A DNA stretch of 64,000 nt, from IMG/VR virus record IMGVR_UViG_3300028591_000084. One strand, 5' to 3'. The notes under the pieces were generated by a model that saw only the letters and a program-made list of their open reading frames with translations, was not told where the DNA came from and made no database searches. The position numbers were made by a program, and so were the translations under genes. Source of the stretch: a virus (Duplodnaviria > Caudoviricetes). How positions within the stretch are numbered: position 1 is the first letter of the stretch; every line of letters starts with the position of its first letter. Below, one piece after another: positions 1-10,058 of this stretch.

Positions 1-360
1 TGCTTTGATTGAATGTAAGTTATTGGGGGTTTCAAGAAAATCACTTACTATTAGAATATTAGAACAGTAAGCACCCCTAATCATTAATTTTATTAAGTTT
101 GGTGTCATTATTTTATCTCCGATGCCACGTGCCTGGTGATAAAAACACTCAAATTTTAGGTAGGCAGGTTCATATTCCTTCTTATATGCCGGAGTAATAT
201 CAGGTCCACTAATAACTCCTATTAATTTTCCATCAAAATTATAAATATTACTCTTATAAGAAAATATTTGATCTAATCTGGTAAATATAGGAATATAGAT
301 CGAAATATTATAAGTTATATATTTCTGACCAAGAAAAGATAGAGTTATTATACTTTTCAT
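1..360 (-). CDS. hypothetical protein, partial (runs off window start); paralog of 365..865
   Basis: Not in ORF track. Manual translation from ATG at 360 is open to base 1 (MKSIITLSF...EPAYLKFECFYHQARGIGDKIMTPNLIK), aligning with RPAYASFDYCYNSHLGITEKILTPRLVK of 365..865. Confidence 0.8.
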   Translation of the reverse strand, partial: MKSIITLSFLGQKYITYNISIYIPIFTRLDQIFSYKSNIYNFDGKLIGVISGPDITPAYKKEYEPAYLKFECFYHQARGIGDKIMTPNLIKLMIRGAYCSNILIVSDFLETPNNLHSIKA

Positions 361-364
361 ATTT

Positions 365-865
365 CTATAAGAAGTCGTTACTCCTATATAATAAAGATAA
401 CATCTCTCGCTTACTACAAGTCCCATAAATCCCATTAAACCCCAGTTCTACAAAATAAGAGTGAAATTCTTGAAAGGCCTTGTTAGTTCTTTGTGGTGTT
501 TTTATATTTTCCTTATCAAGAAGAAACTCTTTTACGACTATAGTTCGAGAATAAATTATTGAAAAGCTTTTTAATAACTCTTTAACTAACCTAGGAGTTA
601 ATATTTTTTCTGTAATTCCTAGGTGCGAGTTATAGCAATAGTCGAAGCTAGCATAGGCAGGCCTGAGTTTATCACCATCTCTCATTGAATAGTAATCATA
701 AGTCTCTATAATAATATCTCTTTCAAAACCAGGGATAATTTTAGTAGTGTTATTTACAATATTAGAACCTGTCTTAGTAGTTAATATTGGAACATTAATA
801 GTAATAAAACAAGTCTTATTCTCATTTAGTTCATCCAACGAAGATATTACTACTAAACTTTTCAC
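365..865 (-). CDS. hypothetical protein
   Basis: 166 aa ORF, paralogous to the adjacent partial ORF. Confidence 0.75.
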   Translation of the reverse strand: MKSLVVISSLDELNENKTCFITINVPILTTKTGSNIVNNTTKIIPGFERDIIIETYDYYSMRDGDKLRPAYASFDYCYNSHLGITEKILTPRLVKELLKSFSIIYSRTIVVKEFLLDKENIKTPQRTNKAFQEFHSYFVELGFNGIYGTCSKREMLSLLYRSNDFL

Positions 866-1283
866 AATTCTTTATAGTTTCTTCAAGATCCATCGTAAAT
901 TTCTCTGGTAGCTGTCCATATATAGTTTTTATCTGATCATCAAATTTAGGATAATCATATTCAATAATGTCTATTATTTCATCATAAAACTCTTCTATCA
1001 CTCCCTTAATTTGGTCGATTTCATCATAGACTCCACATCTAGTAAGTGGAATTCTAACTGTACTTCTAAGCAGTCTTAGTTGATTAAGGGTTGGTATCTT
1101 TGTCACTTCTCCTGTTATTGTTCCGAAATAGTATCCGGCAACAACATGATGATTATTAAATGGAATCTTTGGAAAAGCCGATAGACGTTCTTTTGCTCGA
1201 AAATAGGTCTTAAATCTAATTGGTATTGCTCTAACAAATGTAAATCCCGATAAAGCTCTAATAATAAAAAAATAGCATTTCAT
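831..1283 (-). CDS. hypothetical protein
   Basis: 150 aa ORF directly after a promoter motif. Confidence 0.7.
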   Translation of the reverse strand: MKCYFFIIRALSGFTFVRAIPIRFKTYFRAKERLSAFPKIPFNNHHVVAGYYFGTITGEVTKIPTLNQLRLLRSTVRIPLTRCGVYDEIDQIKGVIEEFYDEIIDIIEYDYPKFDDQIKTIYGQLPEKFTMDLEETIKNCEKFSSNIFVG

Positions 1284-1284
1284 T

Positions 1285-1346
1285 TATTATTAAGGATTTG
1301 AAACCTATGTTTTTACTGTTAGATCCACTTTAGACTCTTATTATTG
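1285..1346. promoter_or_regulatory. divergent pair of phage promoter motifs (for 1283(-) and groES)
   Basis: Minus: aaatCCTTAataaTA. Plus: gacTCTTAttatTG. Confidence 0.6.
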
Positions 1347-1374
1347 AATATAAATAATTTAAATTTCAGGAAAT

Positions 1375-1638
1375 ATGAAAACAGTTGATGTAAAAATTTT
1401 AGTAAAACATGAGGAACTAAAGGACTCTAGGCTGTCTGAAAAGCTAGGTGGTTTTGAGTTACCAGCAGGAGCAGGTGAGTATGATACTTATCGTGTTATT
1501 TCTGTTGGTGAAAATGTAACATCTTCTCTTAAGGAAGGTGACTTAATTGCTACCTATCCTAAAGCAGGTCATGAAATTACTGTTGAGGGAGTCAGCTATA
1601 GAGTTATTACGTTATCAGATATTTTGCTAGTATTTTAA
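1375..1638 (+). CDS. groES: co-chaperonin GroES
   Basis: 87 aa; GGFELP mobile loop, VISVG, LKEGD, EGVSYRVITLSDIL; directly upstream of groEL. Confidence 0.9.
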   Translation: MKTVDVKILVKHEELKDSRLSEKLGGFELPAGAGEYDTYRVISVGENVTSSLKEGDLIATYPKAGHEITVEGVSYRVITLSDILLVF

Positions 1639-1653
1639 AAAATTATTAAAGAA

Positions 1654-3297
1654 ATGGACAATAAAATTATTAAGACGGGAAGATCCTGTCAAGAGAAAAT
1701 TATTGAAGGTGTTAATAAAGCCGTTGATGCAATTAAGATTTCGATGGGACCGTCAGGACATGGCATTGCTATTGCTGATGATGGTCTAGGTTGTCAAATT
1801 ACTCGTGATGGTGCTACTATCGCCAAGAATATTAGACTAGCTGACCAAGAGGAAAACATCGGAGCTGAGCTAGTAAAGAAAGCTGCTGCATTAACAGAAG
1901 AAAAGGCTGGTGACTCAACCTCTACTTGCTCCTTGTTTATTCAGGAGTTCTGTAAGAGAGGTCAACGGGCTATTTCTGCTGGTGCTAATGTGAACGAAAT
2001 TAAAGCTGGTATGTTGTTAGCAGGTAAATGGGTAACAGAATTTATCAAGGCTAATTCAATCCCCGTTAATGGAGATCTTGAGAAGGTCTGTAAGGTTGCC
2101 ACGATATCTGCAAATAATGATCCAGAGGTTGGTTCTTTAGTAGCTGAGGGCTTTAAGACTGTTGGTTTTAATGGTCTAGTTACTGCTGATACTTCATCTG
2201 CCCTAGACACAACGATTGAGGTAACGACTGGTATGAAGCTAGACAAAGGTTGGTGTTCTCCCCAGTACGTAACTAATGCCGAAGAAGGCAAGTGTGTCAT
2301 GGAGGATGCTTATATTTTGGTGGCATCAGAACGTATTTCATCTATCCCTCAGATTGTTAATTTTTTGCAGGACTATCAGACAAATGCTCAGGGTCGTCCT
2401 TTGCTTATTATCTGTGATGATATTGATGAGACAGTTAATGCTATGTTTGTTTATAATACCATAAGAGGTGCTATTCGTTGTTGTGTTGTTAAGGGTGTCG
2501 AATTTGGAGATACTCGAAAGAATACAATGGAGGATATTGCAGTTGTTGTGGGCGCTACTCATATCATTGCTGAGGCCGGATTGACTCTTAGTTCAGCCAC
2601 CCTCTCTGATCTTGGTCAGGCTAAGAAGGTTGTAGTTGGAAGAGACTCTTGTATTATCTATAATGGTGCTGGAAATCCTGATGCTATTAGTCAGAGGGCT
2701 TCAATTATGGTTAAGCGTCTTGAGGATCCTACTATTTCGGATTACGACAAGACTAAGTTTGAGAAGAGAATTGCTAATCTAACTGGAGGTATTGCTGTTA
2801 TTAAAGCTGGTGGAGCTAGTGAAGCTGAAACCGCAAACAGAAAGGCCACTATTGAGGATGCAATTCTTGCTGCCAAATGTGCTATTGAGGAAGGTTGTAG
2901 TCCTGGTGGAGGTTATACTTTCTTTAAAGCAGCTGAGGCACTTGGACGAGATAAATCCTTCTGGTCTAAACTAACTGAAGATGAACGTGAGGGTGCTATG
3001 ATTGTTCAGAAGTCTCTCCCAGTTGTTCTTACCACTATTGCTGAAAATTCCGGTGTTAATGGTGAAGTTATTCTGAGAGAGCTTCAAAAGATCAAGAAAC
3101 CTGGTGTTGGTTTTGATGCCAAGACTAAGTCATTTGTTAATCTAGAGCAAGCAGGTATTTTAGATAGTGCTAAGTGTCTAAGGGTTAGTATTGAGAATAG
3201 CATTAGTGCTGCAAGTATGATCTTGCTAATTGACTGCACTATAACGAAAGATGCGGAGTCAGATAAGAATGATTCTGGATCGAGCAGTATCTTCTAA
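1654..3297 (+). CDS. groEL: chaperonin GroEL (divergent, phage-type)
   Basis: MGPSG, TRDGATIA, GDSTST, ISANND, GGIAVIKAGG motifs; no C-terminal GGM tail. Confidence 0.97.
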   Translation: MDNKIIKTGRSCQEKIIEGVNKAVDAIKISMGPSGHGIAIADDGLGCQITRDGATIAKNIRLADQEENIGAELVKKAAALTEEKAGDSTSTCSLFIQEFCKRGQRAISAGANVNEIKAGMLLAGKWVTEFIKANSIPVNGDLEKVCKVATISANNDPEVGSLVAEGFKTVGFNGLVTADTSSALDTTIEVTTGMKLDKGWCSPQYVTNAEEGKCVMEDAYILVASERISSIPQIVNFLQDYQTNAQGRPLLIICDDIDETVNAMFVYNTIRGAIRCCVVKGVEFGDTRKNTMEDIAVVVGATHIIAEAGLTLSSATLSDLGQAKKVVVGRDSCIIYNGAGNPDAISQRASIMVKRLEDPTISDYDKTKFEKRIANLTGGIAVIKAGGASEAETANRKATIEDAILAAKCAIEEGCSPGGGYTFFKAAEALGRDKSFWSKLTEDEREGAMIVQKSLPVVLTTIAENSGVNGEVILRELQKIKKPGVGFDAKTKSFVNLEQAGILDSAKCLRVSIENSISAASMILLIDCTITKDAESDKNDSGSSSIF

Positions 3298-3332
3298 AGG
3301 GTGTGGAGTACAAGTTACTCCTCCCTTTTTTG
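3297..3332 (+). terminator. intrinsic terminator after groEL
   Basis: aggg..ggagta/tactcc.ccct hairpin followed by T-tract. Confidence 0.6.
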
Positions 3333-3338
3333 TAATTA

Positions 3339-3842
3339 ATGAACGTAACAGTTTTTGGATACTCTCGAAGACCGAGTGGATCTTTCGTCGAAATACCATT
3401 GGGAGATTATTTCTGGGTCCCTGATATTGAATATATTGAGTCTATTCAAAAAGCTTCTAAACCCAATATAATAAACTATATAAAAAATAATCCCCCAAGA
3501 ACACGGACTTTATGTAAGGATGCTTGTTTAACAGTACCTTTATTTGATTATTGTCCCTACAAATACGTAACGGAGATGATCATCCTAGGTAGTATTAAAG
3601 AAGAAAGTAAGGATTTTTCTAGATTTTCTGATTTCTTTAGGTTTGAAGGAAGAGCTAGAGAATTTCCCATCCATTATGATAAAAGAATTAGAACTAAGGT
3701 CGATTTATTCTATATTATGGATCAGGTTAGTGATATTTGGACAGTTAACATGATTTATAATTCAGAAACAGATCTTAACGTAGTTCTTGCATACCTCTTA
3801 GTGTATTACTATACTGAACAATTTACCAAAAAGATCAAGTAA
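3339..3842 (+). CDS. hypothetical protein
   Basis: 167 aa ORF. Confidence 0.7.
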   Translation: MNVTVFGYSRRPSGSFVEIPLGDYFWVPDIEYIESIQKASKPNIINYIKNNPPRTRTLCKDACLTVPLFDYCPYKYVTEMIILGSIKEESKDFSRFSDFFRFEGRAREFPIHYDKRIRTKVDLFYIMDQVSDIWTVNMIYNSETDLNVVLAYLLVYYYTEQFTKKIK

Positions 3843-3856
3843 ATGCCTTAACTTTG
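3836..3856 (+). promoter_or_regulatory. phage promoter motif
   Basis: CCTTAacttTG, which also matches TAnnTTTG exactly. Confidence 0.6.
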
Positions 3857-3863
3857 AAAATAT

Positions 3864-4196
3864 ATGAGTCATATAATTGAAGAAAGTGATTGGTTTTCAA
3901 ATAACGAGAGCTATAATGAAAATGAAGATGACGGTTGTGAATTTGCCAATGACATTTTATGCTCAATAGAAGCTTCTCGTCCTTTTGGAATTATCTGGGA
4001 TGTAGATAAAATGAAAGAGTTTCTAGAGAAACGCGGTTATAATGTCGTTCCACTAGATACTGATCCAGAGGATTATATAGTCTACAAAGATACAGATGAT
4101 CTTATCCCAGATTTGCCAAACATAGATGAAGTTTTCGCATCTGAAATTCAATCAATTCTATTAAAATGGTTAATAAAACTAGATGCAGACAATTGA
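3864..4196 (+). CDS. hypothetical acidic protein
   Basis: 110 aa ORF overlapping the ligase start. Confidence 0.75.
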   Translation: MSHIIEESDWFSNNESYNENEDDGCEFANDILCSIEASRPFGIIWDVDKMKEFLEKRGYNVVPLDTDPEDYIVYKDTDDLIPDLPNIDEVFASEIQSILLKWLIKLDADN

Positions 4197-5688
4197 CACG
4201 CAAGTATTGTTGAAGTGGGAATTTTTGATTAATGCAGCAAAAGCTTATTGGGTAGATTCTAAGCCGACTGGAATGTCAGATCAATTATTTGATGCTTATG
4301 AATTACAAGCTGCGCGAGAAGACAAGTTTAATGTTCGTGATTATGTCATCCAAACCTATCTTAAAGGAACCAGAAGTAAGAATAAATATATTCAAAAAAT
4401 TCAGAAATTCAAGGTTCAGGGGTGTACGATGATAGAGGCTATCTGTAAGACTGCTAAGGAGTTAGGAATATCAGAAGACGAGATGTATTGTGATCTCAAG
4501 TATGATGGTTGTTCTATAGCTCTTTATCTGGATCCTAAGACAGGAATTCCATTACGTCTTACTTCAGTTGGCAATACTTCATTTGATTATGGAGTAGATC
4601 AGACTTGGAAACTTTTAAAACTCGTACCTAAGAAATTTCCAACAGGAATACTAGCTATTCAGTGTGAGGCTTTAGTAGATCTTGAACGTTTGTCTGAAGC
4701 AGAGCCTGAAAGAGCAAGGCAAAAAGCTAGTGGCCTAATAAACAGTAAGCATCTTGAGTCAGAGGTTAATAATCTCTTAACACTCAGGGCTTATCGGTAT
4801 TATCTAGCTCCAGATTCACCATTAGAAGGCAAATCTTATCGTGAGGTTCTTGATTCTTTCCCTATCCAATATAGTAAAATTGATGGTCATATTACATTTG
4901 CTCCAGCCCAGACTTGGACACTATCAGAGCTTCTTAATATGCCAGAAGGTTTTACTGAGGTAGATAGAACAAAGACTAATACCGGTAAATTTTTGAATGA
5001 TGGCTGGTGTCTTTATAATTCTCATGGCGTTTGTCAGAGAGCGCTTAAATTTTCAGGAGCAGGAACGGACACTGAAGCCCTAAAGACGGTTGTTCACGGA
5101 ATACAGTGGAATGATCAGTCGGATAAAGGTAAAGATTCATGGTCTGCTAATGTAATTATTGATCCTGTCTATATTAAGGGCTGTAAGATCGTTAAGCCTT
5201 CTGCTGGGTCTGTTTCAAAATTAATAAAAAATAATATTACGGAAGGTGCTGAAGTTGGTATTATCCTAGCAAACAGCACTATTCCTATGGTTGGTAGTGT
5301 ATTCTCAAGTGGGTCAGGTAATTTTGCTTGGCCGACATGCGAGTGTGGCTATACTTTAGGAGAAAAAGATATATTTGGATCTTTTCTTAAGTGTGGTAAT
5401 CCTCTATGTACCTCAAGAATAAATAGAATGAGAACATACCTGAAGAATCTTGCCAACCTTGAGGATCTTGATCTCAATCTACTTCTTGTTATTGACCGAT
5501 TTAGATGGGAAAATACGGACATTGATATTAAGACCCTTTTGAAGCTTGTGAAAGAAGGAAAGGAGGGAGATTATCATGAATATCTTAATCAATATTTAAA
5601 CACAAGTCTTCAAAAACGAAACTTAGAGTTAGTCTGGAAAGCATCGTATATAACGTTAAATGAAAGACTGCAAAAAGACAAAAAATGA
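4183..5688 (+). CDS. ligA: NAD-dependent DNA ligase (compact, no BRCT)
   Basis: Domain Ia (AYW...MSDQLFD), KYDG adenylation motif, OB domain (IP), Zn finger PTCECG...CGNPLC. Confidence 0.88.
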   Translation: MQTIDTQVLLKWEFLINAAKAYWVDSKPTGMSDQLFDAYELQAAREDKFNVRDYVIQTYLKGTRSKNKYIQKIQKFKVQGCTMIEAICKTAKELGISEDEMYCDLKYDGCSIALYLDPKTGIPLRLTSVGNTSFDYGVDQTWKLLKLVPKKFPTGILAIQCEALVDLERLSEAEPERARQKASGLINSKHLESEVNNLLTLRAYRYYLAPDSPLEGKSYREVLDSFPIQYSKIDGHITFAPAQTWTLSELLNMPEGFTEVDRTKTNTGKFLNDGWCLYNSHGVCQRALKFSGAGTDTEALKTVVHGIQWNDQSDKGKDSWSANVIIDPVYIKGCKIVKPSAGSVSKLIKNNITEGAEVGIILANSTIPMVGSVFSSGSGNFAWPTCECGYTLGEKDIFGSFLKCGNPLCTSRINRMRTYLKNLANLEDLDLNLLLVIDRFRWENTDIDIKTLLKLVKEGKEGDYHEYLNQYLNTSLQKRNLELVWKASYITLNERLQKDKK

Positions 5689-6049
5689 CACAGACTTTAC
5701 AGACTTTATGAAAGTTCTGTATAGTTCATTGATTAGTAGATACGGCGGCAGATTAGTCATAACTAGGTTCTTTGAGTACCTAAGAGTTTCAATTGATCAA
5801 GTTGAGTGGGATTTGTTGGATGGAGGGAGAACGATTCAGGATCCCTTCTTTATGTCCCACCTAATTGACCTAGCTATCGACTTTAAAAATAATCTTGCCG
5901 TAGATTTTAATAAATTGGCTGATGAAATATTAGACCTTAATCAATTTTCTGCTAGTGAATTGAATCTATTAGGAATTAATTTTTCTGAGAGACTATGGAC
6001 TATATTTTTAGCCATTGAAAATCCAAAAATTAAACAGTTATTAAATTAA
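5660..6049 (+). CDS. hypothetical protein
   Basis: 129 aa ORF in operon. Confidence 0.7.
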   Translation: MKDCKKTKNDTDFTDFMKVLYSSLISRYGGRLVITRFFEYLRVSIDQVEWDLLDGGRTIQDPFFMSHLIDLAIDFKNNLAVDFNKLADEILDLNQFSASELNLLGINFSERLWTIFLAIENPKIKQLLN

Positions 6050-6667
6050 ATGATTGAAGTAAGTTTGTATTCTATCACTGGTCGTGATGTGAATGTTTCT
6101 ATGGGTAAGTGCGTTGATCGTGCTAGACTGAATAAGACTGCTCTTGGTGTAGATACTATGGAGTTCATTAAAGGTTTCTTGAAGCAGAATGTTGCTTCTA
6201 TTGAGCTTGCTCTTAAGAATCCTGACATTATCAATTTTATTAATGATGACGCCACTATGACCTTCAAGGATTTCGCTAGCCTTAATTATTGGCTGGCAAA
6301 GAGCGGTTATTTGGTAAAGGTTTTCAACGTAACTGATGATGAGGAAAATCCAACTGGTCCCGCACCTGAGGTTTCGGAGTGGAATGTGATCGATTATAAT
6401 TTTTATCAGAATGGATTCCCTACAGCTATTAAGATTGTTCCTGCTGATGGAGCTGATGTTGTTGAGATCCTGAAGCAAGTCGTAAATGATTCCGGCCTGT
6501 TTGATAAGAATAAGCTCGGTAATACTAAGAATCCTTTGACAGAATATATCGAGTTGCTCGAAAAATCTAAGAAGTTGATGGGAAAGATTGAACCCGGTGC
6601 TGCTTCAAAGATTTATGATATCCTTGATCAGGTAGGTGTTAAGCTGTTTTTAGCCGTTGGTGAGTAA
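6050..6667 (+). CDS. hypothetical protein
   Basis: 205 aa ORF, translationally coupled. Confidence 0.8.
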   Translation: MIEVSLYSITGRDVNVSMGKCVDRARLNKTALGVDTMEFIKGFLKQNVASIELALKNPDIINFINDDATMTFKDFASLNYWLAKSGYLVKVFNVTDDEENPTGPAPEVSEWNVIDYNFYQNGFPTAIKIVPADGADVVEILKQVVNDSGLFDKNKLGNTKNPLTEYIELLEKSKKLMGKIEPGAASKIYDILDQVGVKLFLAVGE

Positions 6668-7125
6668 TGACAGTACTACAGGAGGACCTATTGGAGATGT
6701 ATAATAATCTTACTGAGTTTAGTAAGACTATTTCTACCAGTACTAATCCTATGCCAATTCGAGTATGGTTTGATAGGGAGGGTATTGAGTCTCCTCTGGT
6801 ATTTGAATATAAAGGAATATCAGTGAGACTTAGACTTCCTATCTACTATTGCTTGGACTTAGAAGAGCTTGAAGGTAAAGGATCTTATCTAGTTCCTGAG
6901 GATTATAATAACCTTATGCAATCGCTCAGTGACTTAATCTATGATGAGAGAGTTCTGAACGATAGAGGAATTGTTCTTAGCCCTGAAAATATGGGTTTTG
7001 ATGTTTACGCTATTGATATCAAACAGTTTCAAAAAGGTTTAGAGTTTGTTAGAGGAGTTAGGTTTGTTTCCGGGTCTGGATGGTGGTTTAGATTAAAGAC
7101 AAAATTTAAGTATGGAATCAGTTGA
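6667..7125 (+). CDS. hypothetical protein
   Basis: 152 aa ORF, TAATG overlap. Confidence 0.8.
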   Translation: MTVLQEDLLEMYNNLTEFSKTISTSTNPMPIRVWFDREGIESPLVFEYKGISVRLRLPIYYCLDLEELEGKGSYLVPEDYNNLMQSLSDLIYDERVLNDRGIVLSPENMGFDVYAIDIKQFQKGLEFVRGVRFVSGSGWWFRLKTKFKYGIS

Positions 7126-7564
7126 TGTTGTAGTGTACAATTCGTCGCCATATAAACTCCCCGAATATGCGAAATCGGGAGATTCTGGTATGGACGTAAG
7201 AGCTAATATTGAAGAAGCTATTATTCTAAAACCTGGAGCTACTGTTATTGTACCAGTTGGATTATTTGTTGAACTTCCAGAAGGCTATGAGATACAGGTT
7301 AGACCCAGAAGTGGATTAGCTGCTAAATACAGTGTTACGGTTCTTAATACTCCTGGGACAATTGATGAAGGTTATAGAAATGAGATTGGTGTTATTCTAA
7401 TCAATCATCACCAAACTAATGACTTTGTTATTGAACCTGGTGATAGAATTGCTCAAATAGTACTTCAACAAGTTCCTAAGATAAACTGGATTCCTAAAGA
7501 AACTATGGTAGACACAAATACCGAAAGAGGTCTTGGTAGATATGGGCATACTGGTAGGAGTTAA
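7112..7564 (+). CDS. dut: trimeric dUTPase
   Basis: All five motifs: SGMDV, RPRSG, GTIDEGYRNE, RIAQ, RGxGxxGHTG. Confidence 0.97.
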   Translation: MESVDVVVYNSSPYKLPEYAKSGDSGMDVRANIEEAIILKPGATVIVPVGLFVELPEGYEIQVRPRSGLAAKYSVTVLNTPGTIDEGYRNEIGVILINHHQTNDFVIEPGDRIAQIVLQQVPKINWIPKETMVDTNTERGLGRYGHTGRS

Positions 7565-7913
7565 TGACATTGATCGCCTTCTTAGAATGAGAGGGCAAAG
7601 AAGATTACAAATAAAGAATAAACTAACTGATTATATAACAGAGTATCCCTTCGATAAAAGAGGGGTTAAGCTACAGTTTCTTGAATCAATCAATATTATG
7701 GGTGAGGAAAAGCCTTGGGAGGAATATAAAGTTCTCCTGAAGATCCCAAAGATTAAGGAAGATTCTGAATATCTTGGTTCTGCTCTTGAGGCAGTTGGGA
7801 AATTTATGAAGGATATGAAGGCCTGTAAAGATTGTTATGAGACTATTGGAATTCAAGAGATTGAATGTGGTTTAGGAAATTATTACTTTGTTTTAATTTA
7901 TTTAATTAACTAA
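7533..7913 (+). CDS. hypothetical protein
   Basis: 126 aa ORF in operon; start uncertain. Confidence 0.7.
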   Translation: MVDMGILVGVNDIDRLLRMRGQRRLQIKNKLTDYITEYPFDKRGVKLQFLESINIMGEEKPWEEYKVLLKIPKIKEDSEYLGSALEAVGKFMKDMKACKDCYETIGIQEIECGLGNYYFVLIYLIN

Positions 7914-7916
7914 TAG

Positions 7917-8294
7917 ATGAATGAAAGAAATTTAAATATTGAAGTTGATGTAAAAGAACCTTTGGATGGGGAGAGATACGTTTGGGGTTGGCATTCAGTA
8001 GAGGAAGCTGCTGCAGATTTATATTCATCATTGCACAGAGATCTTCTTAATGGTCGACCTTTATTCCTATATAAAAATACAACATCAGGAAAGTCAGACC
8101 TAATCCAAGTAGTTGTAGTAGAGAGTACAAAGAATCCTAATGATTATGCACTTGGGGTTGTAACAACAGGGTACTCTTACTTATATCCGCATGTTGGAAA
8201 AGATTACTTAATATCCGAGCTGATTGTGGATCTAACTAAGTGGAAGATCGATAAGAAGATCATAGAAGAATATACAAAAATAGTAAATAAGTAA
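7917..8294 (+). CDS. hypothetical protein
   Basis: 125 aa ORF in operon. Confidence 0.75.
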   Translation: MNERNLNIEVDVKEPLDGERYVWGWHSVEEAAADLYSSLHRDLLNGRPLFLYKNTTSGKSDLIQVVVVESTKNPNDYALGVVTTGYSYLYPHVGKDYLISELIVDLTKWKIDKKIIEEYTKIVNK

Positions 8295-8308
8295 TTTGTT
8301 CTAATTAT

Positions 8309-9337
8309 ATGCAGAAAAAACCGAGAATTTTAAGTATTGATCTGGGATATAGTAGTGTAAAGTATAGTTACTTTGATGAAAATGGACTCCTTGTTAATGA
8401 GAAGTTTATTTCGTCTGTTGCAAAATTACCTGAACAACCTTTAATGGCTGATCAGAACAGCGTTTTTAGTCTTAATGGTTGTTATTATGTCCTAGCAGAA
8501 AGCGCATTAAAGTTGGATCGTAGTCTCTTAATGCCACTCGAGTCCTATAATGATATGAAAGAGGTTTACCCGGTCGTTATTTCCTATGTCCTTAAAAAGT
8601 TAGGAAATCAAAATTGGAGTAAAGTATGTCTTGGACTGAGTATGGCATTCTCTGATAAAGCTGATGACTTGCTTGATTATCTCTATACAGCACTTCTTAT
8701 AGATAGATCAAACAATTATTTCCTTGTCTATCCTCAAGGATTGGCTTGTCGATATTGTTATGATACCTATAAAGAGAATCCTAGAGATCCCGCAGTTCAT
8801 AGTTCAAGTAATACTCTTAGTAATGCTGTCATTTGTGATGGTGGATTTTTGAGTTTGGATCTTTGTGCAATTATTGATCACAAGTCCGCAGCTGGACAAA
8901 CAATAGGTCTTGAAAATACTGGGGTCTTGAATATTAGTAGAGAACTTGCTAACTATATTTATAAAAATTATGAGTATAGAATCAGTATTAAAGAAGCTCA
9001 AGTGGCTGTTGATAGCAGACAGATTGTAAGAAGAGGAAGAACTATTGATCTGACTGATATTGTTGATAAGCTTTCTAAACAATATTTGATTAGTGTTCTT
9101 AACCTAATTGAGGAAAAATATTCTAATTACCTTGATGTTGTTGAAGGAATTTTATTTGTTGGTGGAATTTCTTACTTTATGTCGAGGGCTTTAGAAGATC
9201 CTGAATTTTGTAACGAAGTTGAGAAACACTACCCAGTAAGCTTTATCCACTGCCCGAAAGAGCTTGGAGAATATTATAATTCCATTGGATATTTATTGCT
9301 TACTGAGGATCTACTTAAGAAAGGTAAGATCCAGTAA
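8309..9337 (+). CDS. ParM/StbA-family actin-like ATPase
   Basis: Phosphate-1 IDLGYSSVK, connect-1 PQG, phosphate-2 CDGGFLSLD, adenosine LFVGG; 342 aa. Confidence 0.85.
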   Translation: MQKKPRILSIDLGYSSVKYSYFDENGLLVNEKFISSVAKLPEQPLMADQNSVFSLNGCYYVLAESALKLDRSLLMPLESYNDMKEVYPVVISYVLKKLGNQNWSKVCLGLSMAFSDKADDLLDYLYTALLIDRSNNYFLVYPQGLACRYCYDTYKENPRDPAVHSSSNTLSNAVICDGGFLSLDLCAIIDHKSAAGQTIGLENTGVLNISRELANYIYKNYEYRISIKEAQVAVDSRQIVRRGRTIDLTDIVDKLSKQYLISVLNLIEEKYSNYLDVVEGILFVGGISYFMSRALEDPEFCNEVEKHYPVSFIHCPKELGEYYNSIGYLLLTEDLLKKGKIQ

Positions 9338-9399
9338 AAACAGGAGAAGATATGATTAATTGTAGTCATATCTTTTCTTTTATTGTATGATTGAATTAA

Positions 9400-9897
9400 A
9401 TGGCAATTACTAAGACGATAAAAGGTTCTGTATGGGTAAGTGGAAATCAACTCGTACAAAACCAAACGCTGGTTACTCCTAATGGTATGGGAGAGAATAC
9501 AGTTGTTTTGATTAATGATATTTGGGAAGATCTCCTCTCCTCTGAGTCGACTGCTAAGAGGGAGAGAAACTATTGGTACTGGGAAGTACAGCAAACTAAT
9601 CTAGAAGATGAAGAGGTAACAGTTAGATTTGAATGTCCAAAGCCAAAAGACGGTCTGTTGGATCAATACGAATTGGATCCTAATAATGCCGTGTCTGATT
9701 GGGCTAAATATTGGGTTGGAAAATATAAGGAGGTGTCAGATAGGTATGCAGACTCTTGCACTATTCAGCCTAAGTCAGTAGTGTTCCAATCCGCTGATTT
9801 GGTAGATTATGATGACGGACATATGTATACTGTTGATGAATTAACGGTTCCTAGAAATAATCTCGGAGATATTAAGTCTCTCATTACAAAATTTTGA
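9400..9897 (+). CDS. hypothetical protein
   Basis: 165 aa ORF followed by a terminator. Confidence 0.8.
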   Translation: MAITKTIKGSVWVSGNQLVQNQTLVTPNGMGENTVVLINDIWEDLLSSESTAKRERNYWYWEVQQTNLEDEEVTVRFECPKPKDGLLDQYELDPNNAVSDWAKYWVGKYKEVSDRYADSCTIQPKSVVFQSADLVDYDDGHMYTVDELTVPRNNLGDIKSLITKF

Positions 9898-9905
9898 ATA
9901 AATAA

Positions 9906-9945
9906 GCACCTTAAGGATATTCTTTGAGGTGTTTTCTTTTTTTTT
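9906..9945 (+). terminator. intrinsic terminator
   Basis: gcaccttaagga/tctttgaggtgt hairpin followed by long T-tract. Confidence 0.75.
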
Positions 9946-9964
9946 AGACCTCAGTTTTTCAAAT

Positions 9965-9985
9965 CCCCCCAAAACCTTATATATG
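9965..9985 (+). promoter_or_regulatory. phage promoter motif
   Basis: CCC-cccaaaa-CCTTAtataTG. Confidence 0.7.
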
Positions 9986-10058
9986 TGATGATAAAGTGGT
10001 TAACCGGGGTCCACAGTCACAGTAAACAAAATCCCGTTATTTAACGTTGTAAGGTGTT

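Noticed and set aside
1962-2974. Alternative-frame and antisense ORFs within groEL (similarly within clpC, the AAA/VWA genes, 31105, 59437, 61980)
   Set aside because: Shadow ORFs fully overlapping well-supported genes
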